From Squalus acanthias (lineage: Eukaryota): DNA of 64,000 nucleotides. Shown piece by piece: positions 61,035 to 64,000 of the stretch. The notes beneath the pieces are model-generated. The model was given only the letters and a program-made list of their open reading frames with translations, did not search any database and was not told the DNA's origin. The number at the start of each line of letters is the position of its first letter. Position 1 is the stretch's first letter. The DNA lies in contig CM059432.1 in NCBI GenBank assembly GCA_030390025.1, positions 46,750,001 to 46,814,000 of the forward strand. Reading direction: 5' to 3'. Made by a program: the position numbers and the translations under genes.

Positions 61035-64000
61035 ATAGTCCACGGCACCATGGATGGCTCAGCTGTACGGGGCGGGGAGGAAGATCAGGAAAGCAATAGT
61101 GGTAGGGAGGGGATTCAATAGTTAGGGGAACTGACAGGCGTTTCTGCGGCCACAGACGTGATTCCAGGATGGTATGTTGTCTCCCTGGTGCCAGGGTCAA
61201 GGATGTCACTGAGCGGCTGCAGAACATTCTGTCGGGGGAGGGTGAACAGCCAGAGGTTGTGGTCCATATTGCTACCAATGACATAGGTAGAAAGAGGGAT
61301 GAGATCCTGCAGGCAGGTTTTAGGGAGCTAGGAAAGAGATTAAAAAGCAGGACCTCAAAGGTAGTAATCTCTTGATTACTCCCGGTGCCACGAGTTAGTG
61401 AGTATAGAAATAGGAGGATAGAGCAGATGAATGTGTGGCTGGAGAGATGGTGCAGGAGGAAGGGCTTCAGATTCCTGGGACATTGGGATCGGTTCTGGGG
61501 GAGGTCGGACCTGTACAGGCCGGACGGGTTGCAGCTCAACAGGGCCAAAACCAATGTCCGCCTGGGGGGGCTTGCTGGTGCTGTTGGGGAGGGTTTAAAC
61601 GAATTTGGCAGGGGGATGGGCACCAGGATGTAGCATTAGGAAGGAGAAACAAAGCACACAAAGGATTGGGAGAGACAGATAGCACAAGAGTAAGAAATAG
61701 TGAGGTATTAGATGGGGTCAGACTAAGAGAGAATACAAGAAGGTCTAAGACAGGTTTACAGTGCATGTGTGTAAACGCACAAAGCTTGGTAAATAAAGTT
61801 GGTGAGCTTCAGGCGCAAATAGCCACATGGGAATATGATGTCGTGGCGATAACGGAGACCTGGCTCAAAAAAGGGCAGGGTTGGGTTTTAAATATTCCTG
61901 GATACAAGGTGTTCAGGATAGATAGGGAAGGAAAGAAAGGAAGTCGGGTGGCAGTATTGGTTAAGGAGAATGTTACAGTGCTGGAGAGAGAGGATATCTT
62001 GGACGGATCAAGGACAGAATCTATTTGGTTAGAATTAAGAAATAATAGAGGTGCCATTACACTACCAGGTGTATTCTATAGGCCACCAACTAGTAGGAAA
62101 GATATAGAAGAGCAAATTTGCAGGGAAATTACAGAGAGGTGCAAGAACTATAGAGTAGTGATAATGGGGGACTTCAATTATCCGAATATAGACTGGGACA
62201 GCAATAGTGTAAAGGGCAGAGAGGGGGAAGAATTTCTGAAGTGTGTTCAGGAGAACTTTTTGATCATTACGTTTCCGGCCCAACGAGGAAGGAGGCATTG
62301 CTGGATCTGGTTCTGGGGAATGAGGTAGGTCAAGTGGAGCAAGTGTCAGTAGGTTAACATTTAGGGAACAGTAATGATAGTATCATAAGATTTAGATTAG
62401 CTATAGAAAAGGACATGGAGCAATCTAGAGTAAAAATACATAATTGGAGGAAAACAAATTTCAGTGGGTTGAGAACGGATCTGCCCGGGTAAATTGGAAT
62501 CAAAGATTGGCAGGCAAAACTGTAATTGAACAATGGGCTGCCTTTAAAGAGGAGATGGTTCGGGTACAGTCGAGATATATTCCCATGAGGGGGAAAGGTA
62601 GGGCAATTAAAGTTAGAGCTCCCTGGATGTCGAAAGAGATAGAGCGTAAGATGAAGCAGAAAAAGAGCGCGTATGACAGATGTCAGCTTGAGAATTAGGC
62701 TGAATATAGAAAGTTCAGAGGGGAAGTGAAAAAGAAAATAAGAGGGGCAAAGAGAGAGTATGAGAATAGATTGGCAGCTAACATAAAAGGGAATTCAAAA
62801 GTCTTCTATAGGCTTTATAATAAACGGGTAGTAAGAGGAGGTGTGGGGCCAATTAGGGACCAAAAAGGAGACCTACACATGGAGGCAGAGGGCATGGCTG
62901 AGGTACTAAATGAGTAATTTGCATTTGACTTCACCAAGGAAGAAGATGCTGCCAAAGTCATAGTGAAAGAGGAGGCAGTGGAGATACTGGATGAGATAAA
63001 AATTGATAAACAGGAGATATGAGAAAAGCTATCTGTACTTAAAGTTGGTAAGTCACCAGGACCGGATGGGATACATCCTAGGATGCTGAGGGAAATTAAG
63101 GAGGAAATCGTGGAGGTACTGGCCAGAATCATCCAATCCTCCTTAGACACAGGGGTGGTGCCAGAGGACTGGATAACTGCAAATGTTACACCCTTGTTCA
63201 AAAAACGGTGTAAGGATAAACACAGCAACTACAGGCCAGTCAGTTTAACCTCGGTAGTGCGGAAGCTTTTAGAAATGATAATCAGGGACAAAGTTAACAG
63301 TCAATTGGAAACGTGAGGATTAATTAAGGAAAGCCAGCACAGATTTGTTAAGGCAAATCGTGTTTAACTAACTTGATCAAGTTTTTTGATGAGGTAACAG
63401 AGAGGGTTGATGAGGACAATGCGATTGATGTGGTGTACAAGGACTTCCAAAAGGCGTTTGATAAAGTGCCACATAATAGGCTTGCCAGCAAAGTTGAAGC
63501 CCATGGAATAAAAGGAACAGTGGTAGCATGGATATGAAATTGGCTAAGTGACAGGAAACAGAGAGTAGTGGTGAACGGTTGTTTTTCGGACTAGAGAAAG
63601 ATATACAGTGTTGTTTCCCAGGGATCGGTACTAGGACCACTGCTTCTTGATATATATTAATGACTTGGATTTGGGTGTACAGGGCACAATTTCAAAATTT
63701 GCAGATGACACAAAACTTGGAAGTATAGTGAACACTGAGGAGGATAGTGATAGACTTCAAGAAGACATAGACAGGCTGGTGCAATGGGCGGACCACGTGA
63801 CAGATGAAATTTAACTCCAAAAAGTGCAAAGTGATACATTTTGGTAGGAAAAATGAGGAGAGGCAATATAAACTAAAGGGTACAATCCTAAAGGGGGTGC
63901 ATGAACAGAGAGAACTGGGGGTATATTTGCACAAATCATTGAAGGTGGCAAGGCAGGTTGAGAAAGCGGTTAAAAAAAGCACACGGGATCCTGGGCTTCG
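61035..64000 (+). mobile_element. Degraded CR1 LINE (ORF1 esterase, EN, RT), runs off the window
   Basis: CCLPGARVKDV, VHIATND, RPDGLQLN, AITETWL, GDFNYP, NYRPVSLTS motifs. Confidence 0.88.

Overview
Eukaryotic, repeat-dominated vertebrate genomic DNA. The repeat set (many CR1 LINEs, a tRNA/Deu-type SINE, RTE, Tx1, Penelope-like and Harbinger elements) suggests a cartilaginous fish, which is an inference. The only host gene is on the minus strand: five phase-consistent coding exons (54744-54607, 54480-54348, 29443-29334, 17843-17693, 17462-17395) of a cyclic-nucleotide-binding-domain protein, most likely CNBD1. Its first and last exons were not found. The long introns and flanks contain nested mobile elements. 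Highlights: (1) an apparently intact autonomous Harbinger transposon at 56224-60369, with an open DDE transposase and a convergent three-exon Myb/SANT gene, plus degraded relatives and several TIR/TSD-bounded MITEs; (2) two Penelope-derived families carrying minimal hammerhead ribozyme motifs, one forming near-perfect palindromic insertions with 12-bp target duplications; (3) an RTE insertion with twin-priming (5'-inverted) structure; (4) an ORF1-less LINE whose 5' end matches the body of a tRNA-derived SINE; (5) a coding exon that starts with AG|GTAAGT, a recursive-splice-type site. All family and gene names come from motif recognition and recall, not database searches.
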